This document shows positions 10,460 through 17,938 of a stretch of 64,000 bases of DNA, one piece after another. Positions within the stretch are counted from its first letter, which is position 1. Each line of letters begins with the position of its first letter. Source of the stretch: Spirochaetales bacterium. GTDB lineage: Bacteria > Spirochaetota > Spirochaetia > JABEVK01. The translations under genes were made by a program, and so were the position numbers. The notes beneath the pieces are model-generated. The model searched no databases. It was not told the DNA's origin and worked only from the letters and a program-made list of their open reading frames with translations. The DNA lies in contig JBAXAI010000005.1 in the NCBI GenBank assembly GCA_037142615.1, forward strand, positions 64,001 to 128,000, in the 5' to 3' direction.

Positions 10460-12043
10460 ATGTCGCAACCTACCGTTCTGGGTCTGGACGCCAGCACCCA
10501 AAGCCTGACCGCCGTACTTGTCGATCGCGCCACCGGCCGTGTGGTGGCTGAACACAGCCTTTCCTACCCCGCAGAAGTCTGGATGTCGGTGGAACACGCT
10601 GGCCAGGCTGACCAGTCGGCTGCCGTCTTCGTCCGGGCCCTGGGCCCAGTGCTGGCCGCGCTGCGCGACAAGGGAGCCCCGCTTGCCAGCGTAGAGCGCA
10701 TCGGGGTCAGCGCCCAGCAGCACGGGTGCGCCTTTTTGGCAACCGACGCCGCAAGTCAGCTCTCGACCCTTCGACAGCCGGAAGCCTCGCCGAAAGTGCT
10801 CGACGCTCTCGCGGAATCCCTGTTCAGCCACCCGCGTTGCCCCATTTGGATGACCAGCGATACCGAACCCTACGCCGCCGCCCTGCGCCGCGCTGCGGGT
10901 GGCTCGGCCGCGATGATCTCGCTTACCGGGTCCGACAGCCCTCTCCGGTTCACCGGCGCGATGATCCGCAAGTTCGGCGAGGAACACCCCCACCGCTACG
11001 AAAAGACCAGCCGGGTGGCCCTGCTCAGCCAGTTGTTCCCCATGCTGCTCACCGGCTCGGTCGAGGTTCCCGTGGACTGGGGAAACGGCAGCGGTACCAG
11101 CCTGATGGACTACCAGAAGAAGGTGTGGAGCCCCGCGCTCCTCGAGGCCTGTGCGCACGGCCTCCCCGGCGGAACGGCGGCCCTGACGGCCAAGCTGGGG
11201 GGTCTCGTGGCCCCGCTGACGGTGGCGGGCACCATCGCGCCGTGGTTCGTGCGGCAGTTCGGCTTCTCTCCGGCCTGCGAAGTGCTCATCGGCTCGGGCG
11301 ACAACCCGCAGTCCAAAGTTCCTGTGGCGGGCGACCTGCTGAGCCTGGGCACCAGCTTCGTGCTGATGGCCGAGCAGGGCCAGGCTTCGCCGCTCGACGC
11401 TCGGGGCTGGGGCAACGCCATGTACGATGGCCGTGGCCAGGCCTTTGTGTTCGGTTGCCGCACCAACGGCGCGCTGGTGTGGGACCAACTACGCCAGGCC
11501 CACAACGCCGACTTTGCCCGAGCGGAAGCCGCGCTCAACGCCAACGCCCCCGGCTCGGTGCTCGCCCTGCACCAGCCGCTTCACGAAAGCTTTCCTCCTT
11601 CCCCGGCGATTACCTGCATGGTCGCCGGGGAATCTTTTGACCGCCAATGGGCCGCTGCGGTCGATTCGTCGCTGGGTTTGCTGTTCCTGGGCAGCCGTCC
11701 CTGGTTGAAGGGCAAAACCGACGCCCTTTCGGTGACCGGAGGTCCGTCGGGCAGCGCCGCCCTGGTGCGCCGAATCGCGGCCTTCGCCAACCGCCCGGTG
11801 CGCGTCACCGGGGCCGCCGGTGCTGCGCTTGGGGCCGCCGCAGGTGCGCATTTGGCCGATCCTGTCGGCGACCGGCTGCGATCTGACCAACTTGCCCTTG
11901 TCGGCTGGGTGCCGACCTCGCAAGAAGTGCAACCCCGCCCCGAAGACGTCGCAGCCTTGCACGCCCCCGGCGGCTACCTCGATCAACTCCGCGCACTATT
12001 TGAAGCCAAAACGGGCATCGACCCGACAGGAGAACGACTATGA
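10460..12043 (+). CDS. xylB: FGGY-family carbohydrate kinase, probable xylulokinase
   Basis: [10 protein letters not shown]; SAQQHG; GSGDNPQS; LSLGTS; translationally coupled to xylA. Confidence 0.8.
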   Translation: MSQPTVLGLDASTQSLTAVLVDRATGRVVAEHSLSYPAEVWMSVEHAGQADQSAAVFVRALGPVLAALRDKGAPLASVERIGVSAQQHGCAFLATDAASQLSTLRQPEASPKVLDALAESLFSHPRCPIWMTSDTEPYAAALRRAAGGSAAMISLTGSDSPLRFTGAMIRKFGEEHPHRYEKTSRVALLSQLFPMLLTGSVEVPVDWGNGSGTSLMDYQKKVWSPALLEACAHGLPGGTAALTAKLGGLVAPLTVAGTIAPWFVRQFGFSPACEVLIGSGDNPQSKVPVAGDLLSLGTSFVLMAEQGQASPLDARGWGNAMYDGRGQAFVFGCRTNGALVWDQLRQAHNADFARAEAALNANAPGSVLALHQPLHESFPPSPAITCMVAGESFDRQWAAAVDSSLGLLFLGSRPWLKGKTDALSVTGGPSGSAALVRRIAAFANRPVRVTGAAGAALGAAAGAHLADPVGDRLRSDQLALVGWVPTSQEVQPRPEDVAALHAPGGYLDQLRALFEAKTGIDPTGERL

Positions 12044-13380
12044 AAAGCATCTGGACCGGCAAACAGACCTATTTCCCCACGGTAAAGGCCGTCGCCTACG
12101 AAGGCCCCGCCACCGACAATCCCCTCGCCTTCCGGTTTTACAAGGCCGACCAAAAGGTCGCCGGCAAGACCATGGAAGAGCACTTCCGCTTCGCGGTGGC
12201 CTACTGGCACACCTTCACCAACGAAGGCTCCGACCCCTTCGGCCCCGGCACCCGCGTCTTCCCCTGGAACGATAACAAGGACCCGCTCGAGGCCGCACAC
12301 GACAAGGCCGACGCCGCCTTCGAGTTTGCCAGCAAGCTCGGCACGCCCTTTTACTGCTTTCACGATGTCGACGCCTCGCCCGATGCCGACGACCCCGCCG
12401 TGTACGAGAAGAACCTGAAGCAAGTGACCAAGTGGCTCAAGGAACGCCAGGACGCCACCGGCGTGAAGTTGTTGTGGAACACCGCCAACCTGTTCAGCCA
12501 TCCCCGCTTCCGCAATGGAGCCGCCACCAACCCCGACTTCCGCGTCGTCACCCGGGGCGCTTTCCAGGTGAGGGCCTGCCTCGAGGCCAACGTCGAGCTT
12601 GGCGGCAGCAACTACGTATTCTGGGGCGGCCGCGAAGGCTACAGCAGTCTGTGGAACACCAACATGAAGCGCGAGCAGGAGCACATGGCGCGCTTTTTGA
12701 CGCTGGCGCGCGACTACGGCCGCAGCATCGGCTTCAAGGGCGTGTACCTCATCGAGCCCAAGCCCATGGAACCGTCGAAGCACCAGTACGACTTCGACTC
12801 GGCCACCGTCATCGGCTTTTTGCGAGCCAACGGCCTCGACAAGGATTTCAAGCTCAACATCGAAGCCAACCACGCTACCCTGGCCGGACACGAGTTTGCT
12901 CACGACCTGCAAGTGGCCGCCGACGCCGGGCTCTTGGGCAGCATTGACGCCAACCGAGGCGACCCGCAGAACGGCTGGGACACCGACCAATTCCCCAGCG
13001 ACCTGTACGAGACCACCAAGGCCATGCTGGTCACGCTGGCAGCCGGCGGCATCGGTCAGGGCGGGTTCAACTTCGACGCCAAGGTTCGCCGCAGCAGTAC
13101 CGACCTCACCGACCTGTTCGAAGCCCACATTGCCGGCATGGACGCGTTTGCCGTGGGCCTCATCACCGCCGACCGCATCCGCAGCCAGGGCAAACTTGGC
13201 AAGTTCGTGGCCGATCGCTACGCCAGCTTCGACAGCGGTGCCGGTGCCGACTTCGAAAAGGGCAAGCTCGACTTCAAGGCCCTGGCCGCGCTGGCACCCT
13301 CGAACCAGAACCTCCACCTTGCCAGCGGCAGGGAAGAGTGGATCGAGGCGCTGATCAACCAGGCGCTGTTGGCGAAGTAA
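12040..13380 (+). CDS. xylA: Xylose isomerase (class II)
   Basis: FAVAYWHTF; FWGGREGY; [16 protein letters not shown]; [12 protein letters not shown]; GWDTDQF; NFDAKVRR. Confidence 0.97.
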   Translation: MKSIWTGKQTYFPTVKAVAYEGPATDNPLAFRFYKADQKVAGKTMEEHFRFAVAYWHTFTNEGSDPFGPGTRVFPWNDNKDPLEAAHDKADAAFEFASKLGTPFYCFHDVDASPDADDPAVYEKNLKQVTKWLKERQDATGVKLLWNTANLFSHPRFRNGAATNPDFRVVTRGAFQVRACLEANVELGGSNYVFWGGREGYSSLWNTNMKREQEHMARFLTLARDYGRSIGFKGVYLIEPKPMEPSKHQYDFDSATVIGFLRANGLDKDFKLNIEANHATLAGHEFAHDLQVAADAGLLGSIDANRGDPQNGWDTDQFPSDLYETTKAMLVTLAAGGIGQGGFNFDAKVRRSSTDLTDLFEAHIAGMDAFAVGLITADRIRSQGKLGKFVADRYASFDSGAGADFEKGKLDFKALAALAPSNQNLHLASGREEWIEALINQALLAK

Positions 13381-13443
13381 GTTGTTTGCGGGCTAAAGGT
13401 CCAAGACCTCGACGAGTCGGCAATCCGCGATTGGGCAATGCGT

Positions 13444-13468
13444 GGAGTTTTCGCGTGGCGAAAACTCC
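13444..13468. terminator. Perfect 11-bp hairpin between convergent xylA and rpn
   Basis: GGAGTTTTCGC-GTG-GCGAAAACTCC. Confidence 0.6.
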
Positions 13469-13484
13469 GAGCGTTCAGGTCGGG

Positions 13485-14261
13485 TTAGTCTTGGCGGGAA
13501 CTCGCAAGCGTGTCGACTGTCGCAAGGGGAAGTCCGGTCAGTTCGGCAACTTTGGCTGTGTTCATGCCCTCGGCAAGGAGCACCTTCGCGACTTCAACTT
13601 TCCCCTCTAGCTTTCCCTTGGTGAAGCCTCGGGCTTCACCTTCACGGAAACCCTCGCCCTTGTAGCTCGCGATATCGTGGAGAGCCATGGAACGGCGGAT
13701 CTCGTTATAGACTTCAGGTGCGATACTCATGTAGGCCTCCATCCGTTGGTATGCTGCCCCTATCATCGCTCTTTTCAACTGCGTGGCAGGGTCTGGTGAC
13801 TTTAGCAGTTTAGGAAGTTCTACGAAAAGGAACCCCAGATGAGCGGTGTGAGGCAGATGGCAATGATGCAGCCAGGGCCCTCTCTTGGAGATTTCGTACT
13901 CGAGAAAGTTGAGTGAAATGACGGGCTGAAGCTTGTCGTAGTCGTCACCAGCGGGCAATTGCCGGGCAAAAAGCCTGGCCCAGTAGAACAAAGCGCGCTC
14001 AAAGTACGCGGGCTTCCGTGTCGTCTGAACTTCAACGTTGACGATGCGACCGGTTTCATCTTCGGCCAGAATGTCGACCAAAGCCAGCTTCTCGCCGTGT
14101 TCCGGCGGCAGGTCACGGGGCTGGAGCTGGAGTTTGTGGACTAACGGAGGGCCGACGGCCTCGAAATGAGCGTTGACCAGGCTTTCCAGAAGTGGGAGGC
14201 CTTCGGGTTCACCGAAGACGTGCAAAAAGACAGAATCGTGAGTAAGCGGGGAATACGGCAT
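13485..14261 (-). CDS. Rpn/YhgA-like PD-(D/E)XK nuclease, possibly internally shortened
   Basis: SPLTHDSVFLHVFG; VDILAEDETGRIVNVEVQ; RALFYWARLF; EGxx repeats and C-terminal helical tail; internal GGAGG-5nt-ATG at 13730. Confidence 0.85.
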   Translation of the reverse strand: MPYSPLTHDSVFLHVFGEPEGLPLLESLVNAHFEAVGPPLVHKLQLQPRDLPPEHGEKLALVDILAEDETGRIVNVEVQTTRKPAYFERALFYWARLFARQLPAGDDYDKLQPVISLNFLEYEISKRGPWLHHCHLPHTAHLGFLFVELPKLLKSPDPATQLKRAMIGAAYQRMEAYMSIAPEVYNEIRRSMALHDIASYKGEGFREGEARGFTKGKLEGKVEVAKVLLAEGMNTAKVAELTGLPLATVDTLASSRQD

Positions 14262-14355
14262 TTAGTACCTCAAGGTACCAGACGGGGGGGGACGCAACGC
14301 TTACGCACGACACCTTCGGCTTCCGCCTGAAGTCCCCCGGTGGGATCAGTTTGCA

Positions 14356-14751
14356 TCAGAACAACTCAATCGCGTCGGGGGGCGAGGCAATGGTCAAACC
14401 CTTGATTGGTGAAACCGAAAGCAAGTCGGCATCGCCACTGATCAAAAGTACGGCGCCGGAAGCGACCGCCGCTTGGACGAACATGTCATCGTCGAGGATC
14501 TCAACCCAAAATGCTGCTGCGTTCCAATCGTGGAGGAGACCCTTTCGGTCGTCGAGGGAAAGGTAACGGTCAAACTTGGGCCGGCGGATCCTTTCCTCGA
14601 GTTCCGCAAAAGTTTCGCGGGAAAAAACGGGAACACAGTTCTGCAGCACAAGCTGGACCACTTTGGCGGGACTGCCGTTTGCAGATAGGGCCGCGCTGAT
14701 CCAAACATTCGTATCGACAACGACCCGCGAGTTCCTGAGTGACCCAGCCAT
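14356..14751 (-). CDS. PIN-domain toxin
   Basis: RVVVDTNVWISA ... DDDMF ... ISGDADLL; lies directly downstream of a Phd antitoxin. Confidence 0.85.
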   Translation of the reverse strand: MAGSLRNSRVVVDTNVWISAALSANGSPAKVVQLVLQNCVPVFSRETFAELEERIRRPKFDRYLSLDDRKGLLHDWNAAAFWVEILDDDMFVQAAVASGAVLLISGDADLLSVSPIKGLTIASPPDAIELF

Positions 14752-14756
14752 CGGGT

Positions 14757-15008
14757 TCAGCTTTCGTCGGCCAGAAGCCGGTCGAGTTCGGTCTCGGTCA
14801 GGCCAGCCGCCGAAGCTTTCCGGGCCGTTTCCTGGAGCGTCGTTGCCAGCCGCGCCGCATAGAAGGTCCTCATGTCCTCATAGTCCTGGGCGCTGACCAG
14901 AACCCCAATCACACGGTCGTGTTTGAGAACCTGAACGGGTTCGCGCTGGGCTCGATCGAGGAACTCTCCGAACCGGGTCTTGGCCTCATTGGCGGTGACG
15001 GTTTGCAT
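14757..15008 (-). CDS. Phd/YefM-family antitoxin
   Basis: MQTVTANEAKTRFGEFLDRAQREPVQVLKHDRVIGVLVS; start ATG 15008. Confidence 0.9.
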   Translation of the reverse strand: MQTVTANEAKTRFGEFLDRAQREPVQVLKHDRVIGVLVSAQDYEDMRTFYAARLATTLQETARKASAAGLTETELDRLLADES

Positions 15009-15150
15009 TCGCACAATATGGTCGAATCGCGCGAAATAGTCAACTCGGAGGCCGGGGAGCTGGTGGACGATTCTGGCACTTCTCAAGGTGTACACAACTG
15101 GGTCTCTGTACGTTCTGTTTCTCATGGGCGGACTGCCGGCGAAGTAAGCC

Positions 15151-16263
15151 CTAGAGGGATTGCAGACGTTGGAGGTACTCCTGCCACGGGAGTATCTCCA
15201 CCCCATTTTCGAGCCTGCGGGGCCGAGCTTCGCGGCCAACGATCCAGCGGTGCCTCAACGGCAGATCCTCGGCAAGGGCCTGCAAGCCTTTGGTGTCCGA
15301 AAGGTGAATGGACCCCGACTTGAACTCCACCGCCGTGTCTTCGTTGATCAGGAGATCCACCTCGAGACCGCTCGAAGAACGCCAGTAATTCACGCGATCT
15401 ATGCCCTTTCCATACGACTGGGCGGCCAAAGTCTCTAGAACCAGAAAGTGTTCGAACGCCTTGCCGAACTCCGCGGTCTTTTCTGAAAGTCGCCGCCGCA
15501 GCAGGATGTTGGCTACGCCCGTGTCGAAGTAGTAAAACTTGGGCGTCATCACCGAGCGGCGTTTCACCGTCCTGGTGAACGGCTCCAGCAAGTGCCCCAA
15601 AAGCGTGTCTACCAGAATCTGAAAGTACTCGGCCACCGTTTTGGCCGAGACGCCGGTGTCGCGGGCGATGGTGGCATAGCTCAGTTGCTCGCCGTTCGAA
15701 AGTGCCGCCAACTCCAAAAAGCGGCTGAAGGCCGGAATGTTGCGTACCAAGCCTTCCGCCAACACTTCTTCTTTGAGGTACTCGCCGCAATAGTCTTTGA
15801 GCTCGTCCCACGGATCGGAGCCAAGGACCATCGGAGGCAACCCACCGAACTGCAGGCGTTCCAGCAGGTCGAAACCCGGGATTTCTGCAAACGTCAGCGG
15901 GTGCAGGTGAACTGTCTTGAGCCGTCCTGCCAGATTGGTAGCCCCCGAGCGCCGGAGCTTGCGCGCGCTGGAACCGGTGAGCAGAAAGGTGTTGCCGGTA
16001 TTCTCGATCAGCCAGTGAACTTCGGATAGTAGTTCGGGAACCTTTTGTACCTCGTCGATGACAATCAACTTGCCGGTGTTACCGAACTGCTCCCGAAGCA
16101 AGGCGGGACGGGAGCGGTAGTCGAAGAACACATCGGTCTTGAGCAGGTCGATCAGCTCGTAGTGTATCTCGAGGCCTCTGATCAAGGTGCTCTTGCCTAC
16201 GCGACGTGGCCCCAAGAGGAGGTGGTTCTTCTTCAAGTCCAACTCAAGACTTCGTTTCAGCAT
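15151..16263 (-). CDS. AAA_14 ATPase with DUF4143 C-terminal nuclease-like domain
   Basis: GPRRVGKST Walker A; IVIDEVQ Walker B; LTGSSA; PKFYYFDTG; YWRSSSGLEVD...AVEFK. Confidence 0.9.
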   Translation of the reverse strand: MLKRSLELDLKKNHLLLGPRRVGKSTLIRGLEIHYELIDLLKTDVFFDYRSRPALLREQFGNTGKLIVIDEVQKVPELLSEVHWLIENTGNTFLLTGSSARKLRRSGATNLAGRLKTVHLHPLTFAEIPGFDLLERLQFGGLPPMVLGSDPWDELKDYCGEYLKEEVLAEGLVRNIPAFSRFLELAALSNGEQLSYATIARDTGVSAKTVAEYFQILVDTLLGHLLEPFTRTVKRRSVMTPKFYYFDTGVANILLRRRLSEKTAEFGKAFEHFLVLETLAAQSYGKGIDRVNYWRSSSGLEVDLLINEDTAVEFKSGSIHLSDTKGLQALAEDLPLRHRWIVGREARPRRLENGVEILPWQEYLQRLQSL

Positions 16264-16337
16264 GACTACTTCCGAATTACAGGATATTCGGAAGTATCGG
16301 TGCCGTCAATCCAGCGGGCGCCTGCCCCTCGCTCCGG

Positions 16338-16780
16338 CCTCGACGAATCGGCAAATCACGAATGGGCAATGCGTGGAGTTTTCGCGTGGTGATACCTCGG
16401 GCTTCACCGATGGCTTCGCCCTCACGGAAACCCTCGCCCTTGTAGCTCGCGATATCGTGGAGGACCATCGAACGGCGGATCTCGCTATAAACTTCAGGTG
16501 CAATCCTCATGTAGGCCTCCATCCGTTGGTGAGCGGCGACGCCGCTCTGCGGCTTACGCCCTCAGGTTTCGGGCACGCCCAAAAACTGGGCACCCCGCTT
16601 TGTCGAGCGAAGGAGCTTGGGCAATTCGCGGGGCTGAAGCTGCGGTTTGTGGACTAGTGGCAGGCCCTCGGGTTCACCGAAGACGTGCAGAAAGACAGAA
16701 CCGAGGGAATCATGACCGGGGGGACGCAACGCCTACGCACGACACCTTCGTTTTACGCCTGAAGTCACCCGGTGGAATCA
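16338..16780 (-). pseudogene. Copy B: multiply deleted rpn relic that keeps the internal RBS and the start of the small C-terminal ORF (ATG 16510)
   Basis: Blocks match copy A; nuclease core deleted; GGATGGAGGCCTACATG then RIAPEVYSEIRRSMVLHDIASYKGEGFREGE retained. Confidence 0.85.
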
Positions 16781-16972
16781 TTCCGGTGGCGGTTTCAGAT
16801 GACTTCGGACCAGCTCGTTAAGCAACTGCGAGGGGTCCTTTCCGGCCCTTTGGGCTTGTTGCTGCAAAAGAGCCGCGAGATCGGCTTCGAGGAAAACAGC
16901 CAGTCGATTTTCCGAGCGAGGATAGTACCTCTTGCCGACGACACCCTTGGTGAAATCATAGTGACTCTTCAT
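16778..16972 (-). CDS. BrnA/CopG-like antitoxin
   Basis: MKSHYDFTKG start followed by a ribbon-helix-helix-like segment; overlaps the BrnT stop. Confidence 0.75.
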   Translation of the reverse strand: MKSHYDFTKGVVGKRYYPRSENRLAVFLEADLAALLQQQAQRAGKDPSQLLNELVRSHLKPPPE

Positions 16973-17264
16973 ACCGACTCCTCGTACTGAAGTATACCAC
17001 CTGTTCGCGGCGGTTAGCGCGGCGGGCAGAGATGATTCGCGTCTTTTCCCCTTCGAACGTCATTCGCAGGGTGTGGACGACCACAAGAACCGGCGAAATC
17101 CCCGAAAGCCCGAGAGAGGCCTCTCGCTCCTCTTCGGACGAGTGTTTGTCGTCGGAAACGGTGATGACAAACGGATCCTCGAAGACACATTCTGCCTGTT
17201 GGAAGGTTACTTTGTGTTTCCGATAGTTTTGAGCAGCCTTCGCATCGTCCCACTCGAATAGCAT
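16956..17264 (-). CDS. BrnT-family ribonuclease toxin
   Basis: MLFEWDDAKAAQNYRKHKVTF...VFEDP...HSSEEER...VVVHT...RIISARRA; GGAGG upstream of ATG 17264. Confidence 0.9.
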   Translation of the reverse strand: MLFEWDDAKAAQNYRKHKVTFQQAECVFEDPFVITVSDDKHSSEEEREASLGLSGISPVLVVVHTLRMTFEGEKTRIISARRANRREQVVYFSTRSRYEESL

Positions 17265-17379
17265 CGCTCCCGTCCTCCAAGCAAAGAGACGGGGTATTTG
17301 GTGGTCTTGCTTCAGTAAAGCCGGAGTTTTTTCGGAATTTGGTGTCTCCGCTTGGAGGCAATAAAGCCAGAAGCTGGTG

Positions 17380-17773
17380 GCAGGGAAACAGCCCTCCGGT
17401 GCAACGGTTAGGTCTGCCCGAACAGGATTGTTGTCAACATACGTGAAAACCCGCAAAAATTCGCGAAGGTTGGGAATAATCCAGGAGAAATACCGTCCAC
17501 CCCAAAAATGGCCCCAAAGACCGTTGGTTTTGTTGTAGCGGATAGCGAACGTCTGCAGAATCCATTTCATGATAGTGGCAAGCGTCGATGCCCGTCCCGG
17601 CCGGATGATCAGGTGAAAGTGGTTGCCCGGCGTAAAACGAACTTTTCGTGGGCTCTGGCGAGCACATCGAGGAACATCTGCTTCACCACGTGTTCCAACA
17701 GGAGTTTTTGGTGGTTGGCACGCGCGGTCACGTGGTGCTTCGCGCCATCATGGACGATTCGGGCTCTTCTCAT
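17380..17773 (-). pseudogene. REP-associated HUH (Y1) tyrosine transposase (RAYT/TnpA-REP), frameshifted and 3'-truncated
   Basis: MRRARIVHDGAKHHVTARAN; frameshift near 17630; then GNHFHL (HUH), GHFWGGRYFS, YVDNNPVRA (catalytic Tyr motif); 3' boundary approximate. Confidence 0.85.
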
Positions 17774-17813
17774 ACCGTACATAACGTGGTGTCTGGGCGT
17801 TCTGCTTCTCATC

Positions 17814-17827
17814 GGAGGTCTGTCCCC
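17814..17827 (-). repeat. GGGGACAGACCTCC motif just upstream of the RAYT gene
   Basis: Fits the GGGG[AT][CG]A[CG] short-repeat pattern described for some TnpA-REP subclasses. Confidence 0.7.
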
Positions 17828-17839
17828 CGGTGGATTCAC

Positions 17840-17923
17840 GTGTTCACCCGATTCCCGCTCTCCAGGCCGGCTTGCCCCGCCTGGGCGGGGCCGCAGGCCT
17901 TCCGGCGGGCCTCGGGTGAACAC
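17840..17923. repeat. 84-bp nested imperfect palindrome (REP/REPIN-like hairpin)
   Basis: GTGTTCACCCGA/TCGGGTGAACAC outer stem; CCCGC/GCGGG, AGGCC/GGCCT and GCCCCGCC/GGCGGGGC inner stems. Confidence 0.85.
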
Positions 17924-17938
17924 TCGAAAGACAGGTGA

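Larger units (their letters stand above)
13407..14348. repeat. Copy A of a duplicated rpn module (downstream flank + rpn + ~70-bp upstream flank)
   Basis: Colinear high-identity blocks shared with 16338-16780, e.g. TGGGCAATGCGTGGAGTTTTCGCGTGG and GGGGGGACGCAACGCYTACGCACGACACCTTCG. Confidence 0.9.

Noticed and set aside
17380-17773. IS200/IS605 element with TnpB
   Set aside because: The sequence has RAYT-type motifs (GHFWGGRY, Y..NNPVRA) and no tnpB is present
13407-17923. Integron cassette array with attC sites
   Set aside because: No integrase; the hairpin has GTT..AAC in the wrong order for attC and no repeated RYYYAAC/GTTRRRY boundaries were found
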